Source: Hyaloraphidium curvatum SAG 235-1 (Eukaryota; Fungi; Monoblepharomycota). From it: a stretch of DNA of 64,000 nt. Below are positions 47,236 to 58,010 of this stretch, piece by piece. Position 1 is the stretch's first letter, and every line of letters begins with the position of its first letter. The notes beneath the pieces were generated by a model. The model had not been told where the DNA came from and ran no database searches. It saw only the letters and a list, made by a program, of their open reading frames with translations. The stretch spans positions 372,001 through 436,000 of the forward strand of contig JAIVFI010000032.1 in assembly GCA_025558095.1 (NCBI GenBank), in the 5' to 3' direction. Both the position numbers and the translations under genes were made by a program.

Positions 47236-48791
47236 ATGAGGCGCCTTCTCCTGCTCACCCTGTTTCTGCTCCTGCTCCCGCTGGAGGGCGGGGGGCAGAC
47301 GGTGACCCGCACGGTCACCCGCTGGTCCAAAACAACGACCACCACCCGGCGCACGACGATAACCAAGAAAACGACGCTCACGTCGTTCCGCGCAACCAAG
47401 ACGGTCACGCTGTACCCGCGCACGCTGACGCGGTCGGCCACCGTGACGCGCCTGGTGCCGTCGACGACCACCGAGGTGGGCCTCCCCGCGACCCTCATCC
47501 CGACGCTTCTCAACCCCTCCCCTCGCAGATCCGGACGCAAATGTCGACGGTCACCTCTGTGCACACGTCAGTGTCCACCGTGCCCACGACCGTGACCCGG
47601 ACGCTCCCGCCCGTATCGGTGCCCTACTTTGTGACCCAGACGTGGTACGTCACGGAAACGGCCTATTTGACGACCACCTCCTATTCGACCACGACCTCCT
47701 TCTTCCCCGTAACGACGACCTCCGTGCTGACGACCACCGTGACTTCGCCCGGGGCCGCCTGCACCACCCCCGCCCAGACGCCGCGCACGACAACGTCGGC
47801 CTACTCCCCCCGCACCGCGACACCAACGCTGGACCCCGCCAACACCATCGTAAACCCTGCATGCACCTATGTGCCAGTGCCCTACGTCCTGCCGCGCGAG
47901 GACTCTACCAAGGCTACCGTGTTCAACATCGAGCTCCTGCGGTGCTCCCCCTCCACGGAGTATGACGCGACCTTCATCCGCGCTGCGCAGAGGTGGATGT
48001 CCATCATTACCGAGGACGTGCAGGACGTTTCCGCAAACATGGTGCGGCTGGACGACTGCGTGGCCACGTACGATTGGGCGGCGAACAGGTGGACCAACGC
48101 CATGAGCTGCGGCAGGATCGACGACCTCATCATCGGCTTCTCCGTCGCCCCGATCGACGGGCCCGGAAAAATTCTTGGGGCCGCGAACTGGTGGTACTAT
48201 CGAGACGGGGGGGCCAACGACAGGCTCCCATGCACGGGGTTCATGATCTTCGATTCCGAGGACGTTGCCGCGCTCGTCTCCACCGGCCAGTTCGAGGCCG
48301 TGGTCCTGCACGAGATGGGCCATGTCTTGGGTATCGGCACCGTGTGGGACCTCAAGAGCCAGCTGTGGCCGTCCAACTGCTGGGACATCATCAGCTCCGG
48401 CGGCACGGCCTTCGGCGCTCGGTACCTCGGCCCGTACGCCAACGCCAGCCTATCGCTGGTCGATCCGACAGGGTCGCTGATGCTGCCCTACGTCCCCGTG
48501 CACGACTCTCCAAACGAGAACTCGACCTCGTGCTCGCATTGGAAGGAAGCGTCGTTCGGGAGGGAGCTCATGACGGGGTACATATCTCCCCCTAGGCAGA
48601 CGAACCCGCTGAGCTACCTCACCGCCTGGTCCCTGCGCGACCTGGGCTATTCCATCGACCCGTCGAGCCCGGAAATCGACAGGGACTTCACCCTGGGGGC
48701 GCAGCTGGACATGATGCCGGGGGGCCTCCACCTGACGCATTGCTTGGACGTGCCCAAACCGCAGGGACACGTGGGAGGCATTTCGATGTAG
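47236..48791 (+). CDS. Secreted leishmanolysin (M8)-like zinc metalloprotease with Thr-rich N-terminus
   Basis: Signal peptide, Thr-rich region, intron at ~47476-47529, IDGPGKILGAA, VVLHEMGHVLGIG (HExxH), SHW and ELMTG (Met-turn). Confidence 0.85.
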
Positions 48792-48835
48792 CATGAGGGG
48801 CAGCCGATTGTACCGCGTCCGGAACATGCATCGCC

Positions 48836-51208
48836 CTACGTCTGCAGGCCCAGCCCACCGCCCGCCCCCGCCCCTGCACGAACCCTGGCAGCCACATCTC
48901 CAACCTTGTCCGCAGGCGGCCGCAGCTCCGGCTCCCACCCCAGCTCCCTCGTCACGTCGGCACCCGACTTTTCCGCCAACACCGCAAACAAGTCCGCCGG
49001 CCTGCCCCGCACTTCGCAACTCCTGTCCACGAACCCCGCCCGCCCGTATGCCGCCACGATCCTGGACGCGTTGGCCCGCGGCGGCAACTCCCACGCACAC
49101 GCCTCGGCGAGCACCGCCGCCCCGGCCCCGATCCCGACCGAGAAGCGGTACCGCGGCGCCGGCATCGCCGCCCACTTCACGAGGTGCAGCTCGTTGAGCA
49201 GGTGCACCCGCCCGTACCTCACCCGCGGGGCGCGCTGGCGGATGCCGTCCCAGAGGTTGTGGTGGAACGTCACCCTCAGCTTCCCGGCGTCGCCGACGGT
49301 CCCGTCGCCGTCCCCGACGAGCACCCCCTTGTCGTGGTCCGAGAAGCGGCACCACGAGACCGTGACGAGGTCGGAGCCCTCGGTGATGTCCAGCAGGCCG
49401 TCGCGGTGCTGGACGGGGCGGCCGAACCGTTCCTCCCGCGGATCGTCGGGCGCGGGTGTGCCGTCGGAAAAGGTGCAGTGATCGATCCACACCCTGCTCG
49501 CGTTCTTGAGCGCGAGGTTGTCGATCTCCCCGTTCCAGTTCCCGTCGGGTCCGTCGAGAGGGTCCCACCCCGGGAAATGGTCCCTCGCGCCCTCGAGCCG
49601 CAGGTGCCGCAGGACCACGTCCCCAACACCGCGGAGGAGAAGCCCGCCGTTGCGGAAGCCGGCGTCGGCTGTGACGCCCACGATGGTGGTGGACGAGGGC
49701 ACCTGCACCGTGACGTGCGCGCGCTGCCGCGCCGCTGACCTCCGCCTGGCCTCTTCCAGCGGGCCCTCGGGCGGCTTCTTGCCCCAAACGGCGGGATCGT
49801 ACGCCGCGGCATACGCGTTCCAAGAGAATCCCCCGTCGCCAAAGTGCCCCTCACCCAGCGTGCGCCCCCTCTCGTCCGCCGCGAGGTCCAGCATCCCCGC
49901 CACCCGCACGATCCGCGGGCCGCCACCGGGAGCCAGCGCTGCGAGCAGCTCGGCGCGGGTGCGCGCGAGAAAGACGCGGGAGGGGGGGGCGTCGGCGCCG
50001 CCGCGGGTGCCGGGGGGGAGGGAGGCCCAGCCGTGGCCGGGGGGCAGGGGCTCGCGGAGGAGGGCGTCGAGGGCGGGGATGGTCGGGGGCGAAGGAGGGG
50101 CGGGAGGAGAGGGGGCGGGCGGGGGCGCGGGCGGTGGGGACGGCGCGGCCTCGGCCGCCTGGGCTGCCGCCGCCTCGGCCCCGAGCAGGCGCAGCTGTTC
50201 CGCGCAGCGGGCGCGCACGGCATCCCACTCGGGGAACGCCTCCAGCCAAAACCGCCGCCGCGGCGCGCCATCCACCCACGGCTTGAACCCGGGCTGGCCG
50301 TTCCAGTGCAGGATGCGCCAGGACCGGCGTTCGGCCTCGGTCGGTTCGGCGTCGGCCGCCTTGCTCGGCGGGCTGCCCATCGGCCGCAAGGCCATCCACT
50401 CCACGTTCCACCCCTCGCCGACCATGTGCGTGTCGTGGTGGAACAGCAGGTGCATCAGCGGCTGCGTGCCCAGCTTCCACAGCGGCTCGCTGCCGCCGTT
50501 CCACTCGAGCAGCGCGCGGGCCTCGGCGTTCAGGTCGCGCGCGGCCCACTTGGCGGCGTCGGCGGCGAACACGCCGGCGTTGTAGGCGATGCCGGACAGG
50601 TTGAATTCGCGGCCGTAGCGGGCGCGGTACAGCGCTGCGGTGGGCGGGCGGAACTGCGATGCCAGCGTGCGGGCGCGGGTCGAGGCAACCACGGCGCGGC
50701 CCGAGCCGCGCACGGCGTCCTGCAGCGGGCCGATGTCTGCGACGGGCACGGCGTCGGGGTCCAAATAAACGAAGGGGCCGCGCAGGCGGAAGGGCGCGGG
50801 GAGCGAGAAGCGGGCAAAGTTGGCCTTGGCCTTCAGGTAGCTGTGCGAGGACGCGCGCACGGCGGGCTCCACGGAGTCGGGCAGCCGCCGCACGTCGGCG
50901 ATTTGCACGTCGTCGGGCGGGGTTGGCCTCCCCGAAAAGCTGCCGCTGCCCGCCTCCCCGGCGCAGCCCAGGTAATCCCGCAGCAGCGTCGCGTTGCCGT
51001 CGTACCCCACGAAGAACCGCGGGTTGCGGTGCGCCGAATGCCGCCGCACGGCCGACAGCACGGCCGCCAATCCCGGCGCGACGGCCGCCGACCCCATCGT
51101 CACCACGCGGACCCGCTCGAGGGCGGGTGCCCGTTCCGCAGGGCGCGACACGGCGAAAAACGCGCATATCGCGAGGAAGAGCAGCGCTCTGCGGCGGCGG
51201 GGAGCCAT
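48836..51208 (-). CDS. GT8 glycosyltransferase - pectate lyase (PL1) fusion, type II membrane/secreted
   Basis: GT8 motifs NFARF, VYLDPDAV (DxD), YNAGV, WKLGTQP and ILHWNG..KPW; Pro/Ala linker; PL1 motifs TRGG, VWIDHCTF, DGLLD, HDK, VTFHHN and RQRAPRVRYG. One uninterrupted ORF. Confidence 0.88.
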   Translation of the reverse strand: MAPRRRRALLFLAICAFFAVSRPAERAPALERVRVVTMGSAAVAPGLAAVLSAVRRHSAHRNPRFFVGYDGNATLLRDYLGCAGEAGSGSFSGRPTPPDDVQIADVRRLPDSVEPAVRASSHSYLKAKANFARFSLPAPFRLRGPFVYLDPDAVPVADIGPLQDAVRGSGRAVVASTRARTLASQFRPPTAALYRARYGREFNLSGIAYNAGVFAADAAKWAARDLNAEARALLEWNGGSEPLWKLGTQPLMHLLFHHDTHMVGEGWNVEWMALRPMGSPPSKAADAEPTEAERRSWRILHWNGQPGFKPWVDGAPRRRFWLEAFPEWDAVRARCAEQLRLLGAEAAAAQAAEAAPSPPPAPPPAPSPPAPPSPPTIPALDALLREPLPPGHGWASLPPGTRGGADAPPSRVFLARTRAELLAALAPGGGPRIVRVAGMLDLAADERGRTLGEGHFGDGGFSWNAYAAAYDPAVWGKKPPEGPLEEARRRSAARQRAHVTVQVPSSTTIVGVTADAGFRNGGLLLRGVGDVVLRHLRLEGARDHFPGWDPLDGPDGNWNGEIDNLALKNASRVWIDHCTFSDGTPAPDDPREERFGRPVQHRDGLLDITEGSDLVTVSWCRFSDHDKGVLVGDGDGTVGDAGKLRVTFHHNLWDGIRQRAPRVRYGRVHLLNELHLVKWAAMPAPRYRFSVGIGAGAAVLAEACAWELPPRANASRIVAAYGRAGFVDRSCEVRGRPADLFAVLAEKSGADVTRELGWEPELRPPADKVGDVAARVRAGAGAGGGLGLQT

Positions 51209-51924
51209 TGCCCTCCTGACGCGGTTGTGCCCGTTTTGTTGCGCGCGGTTGGCCAACATCGGCGCGCCAGGAACCGTTCGCCCCCGAGCAAAGGCGGCCA
51301 GCAAGAGAACGGAATCGGAAACCGGCATTCGAGAAATGGTTTGCTGCAGATCGGGATTCGGATGGCTGCGGTCGGTCCCTCGCGGGCTTCCGATCCCCGG
51401 CATCCCCGGCGGGGGGAATCAGCCGATCCCGATCCCCGGAGCCCGACTTCTGCCCAAAAACCATTCAGAGATGCCCGGCAGGTGCCATGGCCAGTTTAAT
51501 TCGCGAAACACTTGGAGCATGGGGTGTTCGCCACCTGACGATCGGGGTTCGATTGTTTGTTTACAGCAGCTACGCCAGCTCGATCCAGCTTTCGTTCGCG
51601 AAGTTCGCGCGTGCGAGGTCCCCGAACATCGCTGATGATCCAATTGATCCCTATCCTGTGCCTGCTTGCCACCACCGCGGCTTTCCACTGACGAGCCTTC
51701 CCCCCGAGGTGCCCGCGCCGCCCCGCACTCCCCCGAGCGAACACGTGCACGGGATCCTGTCGCGGGTGCTTCCCACTCCATGCTGCGTGACATGCTCCTG
51801 TTATGCTCGACGGGTGGCAATTTTCAGGGTGGCGATCGGGGCTGGGCCGATGTCCCCTCAAACGACGTCATTCGTCATCAGGCACCGTCCCTTTGAGCGG
51901 CCACCGCTGCCCCGCCCCGCCGGC

Positions 51925-53998
51925 ATGGAGGACGTGCCGCTGCTGCCGACCGCGCCCGCGGCGTTCCTCGCTGCGCTCTTCTCGTCGGTGCACGGCGGCA
52001 CGGTCCCGTTCCCCCCGCGCACAGTCGCTGAGTCGCGCTTCGGCCCCGCGCCGCACGCCGACCCGCGCTACGCGCTCTTCTTCGGGCACCGCGCGATGGT
52101 CGCGGCGGCGAACTGGGGCGGCGCCGCGCGGGTGCTGGCCGAGTGCGGCGACCCGCACCGCGCCGGCTTCGGCAGGGCGATGGGCCTCGGCGAGACCGCG
52201 GCGCGGCTCGAGGCGCGGCTGTACGCCGTGCTCGACGCCGAGCTGGAGCGGTTCTGGGGCCCGCTGGGCGCAGAAGGCGCCCCCGCGTTCCCCGGCGCCG
52301 CACCGCTCCAGACGATCGAGAACCTCGCTATCGTGTGGGCCCTGGCCGTCGCCGCCGCCGTCGCAGACTTCCAGCTCTCGCGCAAGGACGCCGTGCGCTC
52401 GCTCGCCGCGCAGGCGCTCGACGTGCTGCGCGCCGCCGGCGTGCCGCGCCACCGCCCGCCCGGCGAGCCCGGCTGGGGCCTCGACGACCTGACCTTTGTC
52501 GGCTACTCGATCGCCGCGCACTGGGCCGTCGCCGTGCTCGACTACTCGGCCTCGGTCGCCACCGGCCGCCCGCCGGTCGTCGACACGCCCCGCGAGGCCC
52601 CGGACGTGCCGGCAAATGTACCCGCGGTGTGGCTCGGCGCGATCCCGCCGCCCTCGGAGCGGCCGCCTAACGGGCCCATCCCGGCGCACTTCTTGCTGCC
52701 CTCGTTTTCCGGCATCACCGCGCGCTCCTACTTGGGCTGGATCTGCCCCGAACTCTCGCCCCCCGTGCCCGCAGACGTGCGCGACCGGATCCTCCTTACG
52801 CACGTGCGGCCCGTCGGCCAGGTCGGCCCGGCGTTCGCGGCGCACATGACCCTCTACGCGGCGGCCAAGGTGGCCGCGTACAGGCGGTGGCTCGCCGACT
52901 GCGGGCTCGGCGTCGCGGACGTCGCCTTTGTCGGCACCTTGGGCGCACCCAGGAAGCCGGGGGACCTCAGGTTCGAGGCGGCACGGCGGAGGGACCACCT
53001 GCTGGGCGCGATCGGGGCGCTGCTCGGGGCCATGCCCGAGGGGCTCGCCGCCGCGGCCGAAGCGGGCACCTTTGCGGGGGTCGAGGCCGCGCTGCCGGGG
53101 TTCGACGACGCGCAGAGGCTCGGGCTGCTCGGGTGAGTCTCACAGCGACGGTTGGCCATCCCGAGGGCTCCAAAGCTGACTGCCGTCCTCCACCCGCCGC
53201 AGACACGTCATAGGCCTGCGCCACCTCGCGCTCTCCCTCCTCGTCCCCGACGCATCCGACGACGCCCCCTCCCTCGCCTCGGCCGAGCCCCCCGCATGGT
53301 TCCGCACGCGCTCCTTCGCCCTCGCCCTCTCCCACGCGCGCTCCATGTCCCTCGTCGCCAACCTCCTCGCCGAGCGCCCCGCGCACCTCGCCGCCTCTCT
53401 CTTCGCCGCCCCGACGTGCCGCGCGTCCGCGGCGGCGGGGTGGCTGCACCTCCTCTGCCTCCGCCTCGCCCCCGCCGACCCGCTCCCCGAGGGCTACTCC
53501 CCCTCCGCGAGCCTCGCGGCTTGCCTCCGCGCAATCGAGTCCTCCGCCCTGCCCCCCGCCCAGCCCGCGCACCTCCTCCTCTCCCGCCTCGCCGACCCGT
53601 GCTCCCCTCCCCCAGCCCGATCGGATCTCGCCGCTCTCGCGGTCAACTCGTGGGGATGCGTGCACCTGCTCCCCTCGCAGCGCACCGCCGCCGGCGCATG
53701 CTGGGCGTGCCTCTCGGGCGCCCCGCCCGATCCCGCCGCGCACCTGCCCGACCAGGGCGACCCGATGGCCTCCCTCCCCCGCCGCGGATCCGACGTCTCG
53801 GCGGGCGTCACGCGCGCGGGTTCGGAAAGTTCCGGCTCGGTCGGGGGATCGGGCAGGGCCGGCTCGGTGGGGCTGCTGGGGAGGAGGGGGTCCGACGCGA
53901 GGAGGGTGAGGTTCCATCCGGACGTGTACGTGTTCCGCGCGCACTCGAGGGAGTCCTACCCCAGGGCGGGCGGGGACGGGGCGGGGGCGGCGGGGTGA
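51925..53998 (+). CDS. Hypothetical protein (2 exons; possibly lineage-specific)
   Basis: Long GC3-rich ORF to a GTGAGT donor at 53133, resuming in the frame of ORF 53345..53998. No recognisable motif; the start is uncertain. Confidence 0.5.
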
Positions 53999-54287
53999 GG
54001 CCGCGGGGCGGATTGGGGACGTGGGTTGGAGCCGACGCGGGCGTGGGATGCGTTGTTGCAGACCGCAGACGACCGATGTTCCATCCACTGCTCAACTCCC
54101 GACATGCATTTGAGACTTCCAAAAGTGCCAACAGATGCGCCTGTCCAAATCAATAGAAGAAACTTATGCGTCGAAGGGCTCCAGAGTCCCCGCTCTTTCA
54201 CTTCTTTCACCTGCTGCCTGCTGGGGGATCCTGCATGTCAACGAGATCGAGGGCATCCGCGGAGCCGCTTCCCACCCACCGGCCGCA

Positions 54288-55797
54288 TCACGAAGAATCC
54301 GGGGTGAACACGAGCGAAAAGAGCCCGACACGCTGGCCCGGCGGCCCCGTGGTCGACGGGCAGTCCGACTGCGGCGGCGCATGCACGAACACCTGCACCA
54401 CGTCCCCCGAGTTGATGGTGCAGGAGCAGCCCATGTGGTTCCAGTATTCGTCGACCACGTAGTAGGGCGCCGTGGCGTTGGTGTAGAAAACGTCAGGCTC
54501 GGGGGTCTTGTCGATGCTCCAGCCCAGCGCGTTGCCGAAGCTCTGGCAGTCAGGGCCGCCTACAAAGTCGATGGTCGGGAAGGTGAGCTGGAAGTCGCCG
54601 GGTGAAATGCGGTACTGCCGGAGCGTGTAGGAGCCGGCGGGACCGGTGATGGTCATGTTGAAGCTCCTGGCGGAGCGGTGCTGCGAGCCGCTAAAGCAGC
54701 TCTGGCCCAGCAGTATGCCGCCGATCGGCGTCCCGGGCGGCTGGGGCAAGAAGTCCTTGACGGTGAGCGTGGCGCCCGCGACGGTCCTGGTGATCGTGGA
54801 CAGGCCGGCGTCGGCGGGTTGGAAGTAGAACTCCATCGGCTTGCCCACGACGTTGGTGCAGGTGGCCGTGCTGGTCCTCCTGCGCGCCACTATGTGGTTG
54901 TAGAATGGGCTCCTGTTGACGGTGTCGAAGCTGTTGGGATGGGCGCACCCGAACGCGTGCACGTAGAGATCCGTGGCGGCCGCCAGGTTGATGGTACCCT
55001 CGATCCATCCGTTGGCGTCGGGCACGGGCCCGTCGGGACAGCTCGCCCCCGCGGTGCCCGTGCACGAGCCCCCCTGCGACGACGGGCAGCACGGCGCGCT
55101 CAGCGCGCACCCCTGGTCGACCCTGCCCCTCATCCCGGTGTCCACGAGCACGGTGCCGCACATGCTCCCGCTGCGGATGACGTACCGCATGGGCCTCGCG
55201 TCCGTGGTACCCAGGCCGTAGTCGAAGTTGCCGCTCGTGATCGAGTAGACGTACGTGCCCACGGCGTTCACGCCGCTGTAGATGGAGGGACAGCGGCTGT
55301 CGGCGTCGAGCGGTGCGTAGTAGGTCTGCCCCACCGTGCCGACGGGGATCCCGTCCGGACACTGGCAGACGCCGCGGTCGGCGTCCCACGTCGTGCCCGG
55401 CGCGCAGGTGGTGAGGGCATTGCAGAACCCGTCGTCGGCGGCGGCGTAGCGCTTGTACAGCGACACCAGATCCGGGTTCTCGACATCGTACGCCACGCAG
55501 GCGACAGACCCGTCGGGGGCGCCGGGGAAGCCGAACTCGCCTGCGGGCGGTGCAACTGTCAGCCAAAGCCCGGGCGCCCTGCCCCCGGCGCGCCACCCAC
55601 AAAGATCGTGAGTGTCGGGACAGTCGCCGCACGAGCGCCGGAACAGGACGCTGGTCGCCGCGGGGGCGATGGGGCTGCGGTGCAGACCGGGCGTCAACAT
55701 GCGGACAGAGGTCGCAGACGGCGGCGCCGAACCTCGCTTGGGCCCGAGTAAACGCGAGCGTGGCGACGAGGAGAATGATCAGACGCGCGGTGGCCAT
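54288..55797 (-). CDS. Secreted Cys-rich protein (3 exons)
   Basis: Signal peptide MATARLIILLVATLAF, then VLFRR-SCGDC, an EGF-like CAPGTTWD..VCQC and multiple Cys clusters. Introns at ~55675-55732 and ~55541-55600. Confidence 0.7.
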
Positions 55798-56567
55798 TCT
55801 GCTCGCGGTCGGCGGTGGCAGAAAGGGGCTGTTTGCTCGGCGGTGTGTTTGTGGTGGCCCCGTGGCGCGGACCTATCGGCAATGGGCGGGACAACCTGCG
55901 GTCGCGGTCCGCATCGGCAGTGCACCCTTGGCCCCGGAGCCGCCGGCGGAAGGACCTTCGGACCGTCCCGGAGGCAACTCCGCCGCGCAACGATGCGTCG
56001 CTCGTCCTGGGCGGTCCATTTCGACAGGGACCGCCGGGAGGGCTGGTGCAAACGTACGGCCACGCGCGTCCGTGTATTTTTCACCTACTAGGATGGGATT
56101 GGCGGCCTCCAGGTGCCAAGCAAAGGATGTGCGACCAGCTTCTGCCATGCCCTATACTGGATGCCTCCCAGGCGTGTCGCATGCCCGCTCGGGGAGGTGG
56201 TGTTGCGCAGGTCCGCACTCCGCACCTGACCGGGCCTGGACTCTGTTCCTGCGGCGCCCGCATGCCCGATTCGGCCGAGAGGCGGAGGGCGCTGCGGAGA
56301 TACCGCGTTTGCTGGCGTGGAAGGCGTTTCCGAGGGGACCCGCATCCGAGCCTGGCGCGAGGCGCATCCGGCGGAACCTTTGCGGGAGATGCCGACGGGC
56401 ACGCATAGCTGCAGGACAAAGGAGAGGCAGCCCCCGCCACAGGATTCCTCACACATCTCGCAGGGCACTCTATAGTCTATTGGTCATATGGATAATGGGG
56501 TCCGGCATGGACCCGCGTGCAGAGCAGTCGGAGGGCCGAAGCCCCGAAGGATGGCGGGCATGTCCCC

Positions 56568-57364
56568 CTAGGTGACGACGATCGCCCCCGACATGCCCGA
56601 GTAGCAATGCGCCAGTCCGTCCGAGTCGCACCCGCTGCCGAGAAGGGTCAGAACCGCGCCGGCACATGCCTGCACCCGCCAAGAACCCACTAGAGCACCG
56701 TGGCCCCCTTGTACTCCTCCCCGAACGTGAACCTGAAGTACTCCGGCGCGGCCGCCGGCTGGTGGTATACGCTCCTGAACCTCGGCGCCGCCGAGACGTT
56801 GCAGAACCCGGGATTCATCTCCACCACGTTGTGCTGGACGTACGCGCCGGGGGGGAACTCCCACGCCACGGTGGCGCCGGCCGTCACGGTGAGCGTCTTG
56901 GGGATGAAGGAGCCGTAGCCGAGCAGGGCGATGGAGACGGTGGGCACCGCAGGGCCCGAGCTTCTGGTGGTGCTGGGCGGGCGCTTGGTGGTCGCCCGGC
57001 GCTTGGTCGTGGTGCGGCGCTTGGTGGAGGTGCGGCGCTTGGAAGACGAGCGGCGGCGTGTCGTCGTCCGTTTCCGGGAGGTCGTCTTCCGCCGGGTGGT
57101 GGTCTTTTTCAGCTGCCGCGGCTCGAGGGGCAGTGCCGCCCCGTTCGGCCCGTCCGCGCCCGCCGCCGCCGGCACAAAGTCCTCATCGATCGCGCGGCCC
57201 GCAGAAGGGACGGCAGCGCGGCCGTCCCGCCGTTCCAGGCCCGCGCGGCCGAGCGGCGCCGGTGACCCATCGCTCGCCGCGGGCCCGGCCAGGGCGAGCA
57301 GGAGGCACGCCGCGGAGACCAGCGCCGCGACCCTGAATAGCATGCCGCGGTTTCGCCGAGGCAT
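56568..57364 (-). CDS. Secreted cupredoxin (type-1 blue copper protein) with Lys/Arg/Thr-rich linker
   Basis: FIPKTLTVTAGATVAWEF..HNVVE and, after an intron (~56634-56690), YGCDSDGLAHCYSGMSGAIVV, giving the H/C/H/M ligand set. Confidence 0.8.
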
Positions 57365-58010
57365 CGCGGGTATAGCCGGGGATGGAGCCGGGAGAAGGCC
57401 GGGGGGTTGTCAGGAGTGACCGCAGCAACGGCGTGCCGCTCAGCCACATCTGACAGACTTCTGGTAGCCTGGGCTTGATTGACTGACTGACAGACTCGCT
57501 GACAATATGAGATTCGAAGCTCGCACCACGCTTGCTCAGCGCAGTTCACGGTCCCCGCAACCTGCCCCGCGCTGACTGTCCGCCACCAGAGTCAAAGGTA
57601 GTTCGCACCGCAGTCAGCGGATCCCGGAATCGCGAGGCGATCCGGCTGTCCTTCCGACGAGCGGCTCTCATTCGCGCTCGAAAGCGACGGACGGCCGTCC
57701 ACTGCATCGCCCATGCCCGACGCTTCCGCGGGGAATTCCTTCGGCGATACTGGATTGCCACGACAAACAGCACGCGGTCGTCGCGACCGATCGCGGCCGG
57801 CGGCATACGGCCCGAGCCGGAGCGGGATCCGGCAGAGGAGCAAGAGGGCTTGGATCTGCCCGTGGACACTATCTTGAGGCCTCGGACGTATTCAAAGGAG
57901 TCGGTGGTGTTGCACGGCCCGATCGGTGCACAGCCCGCCCTTCCGGGCCGACGTTCCATCGAATCCCCCACGGCCATCGCCATCGGGCCGCCAACCTGCG
58001 CGCGGCCGCG

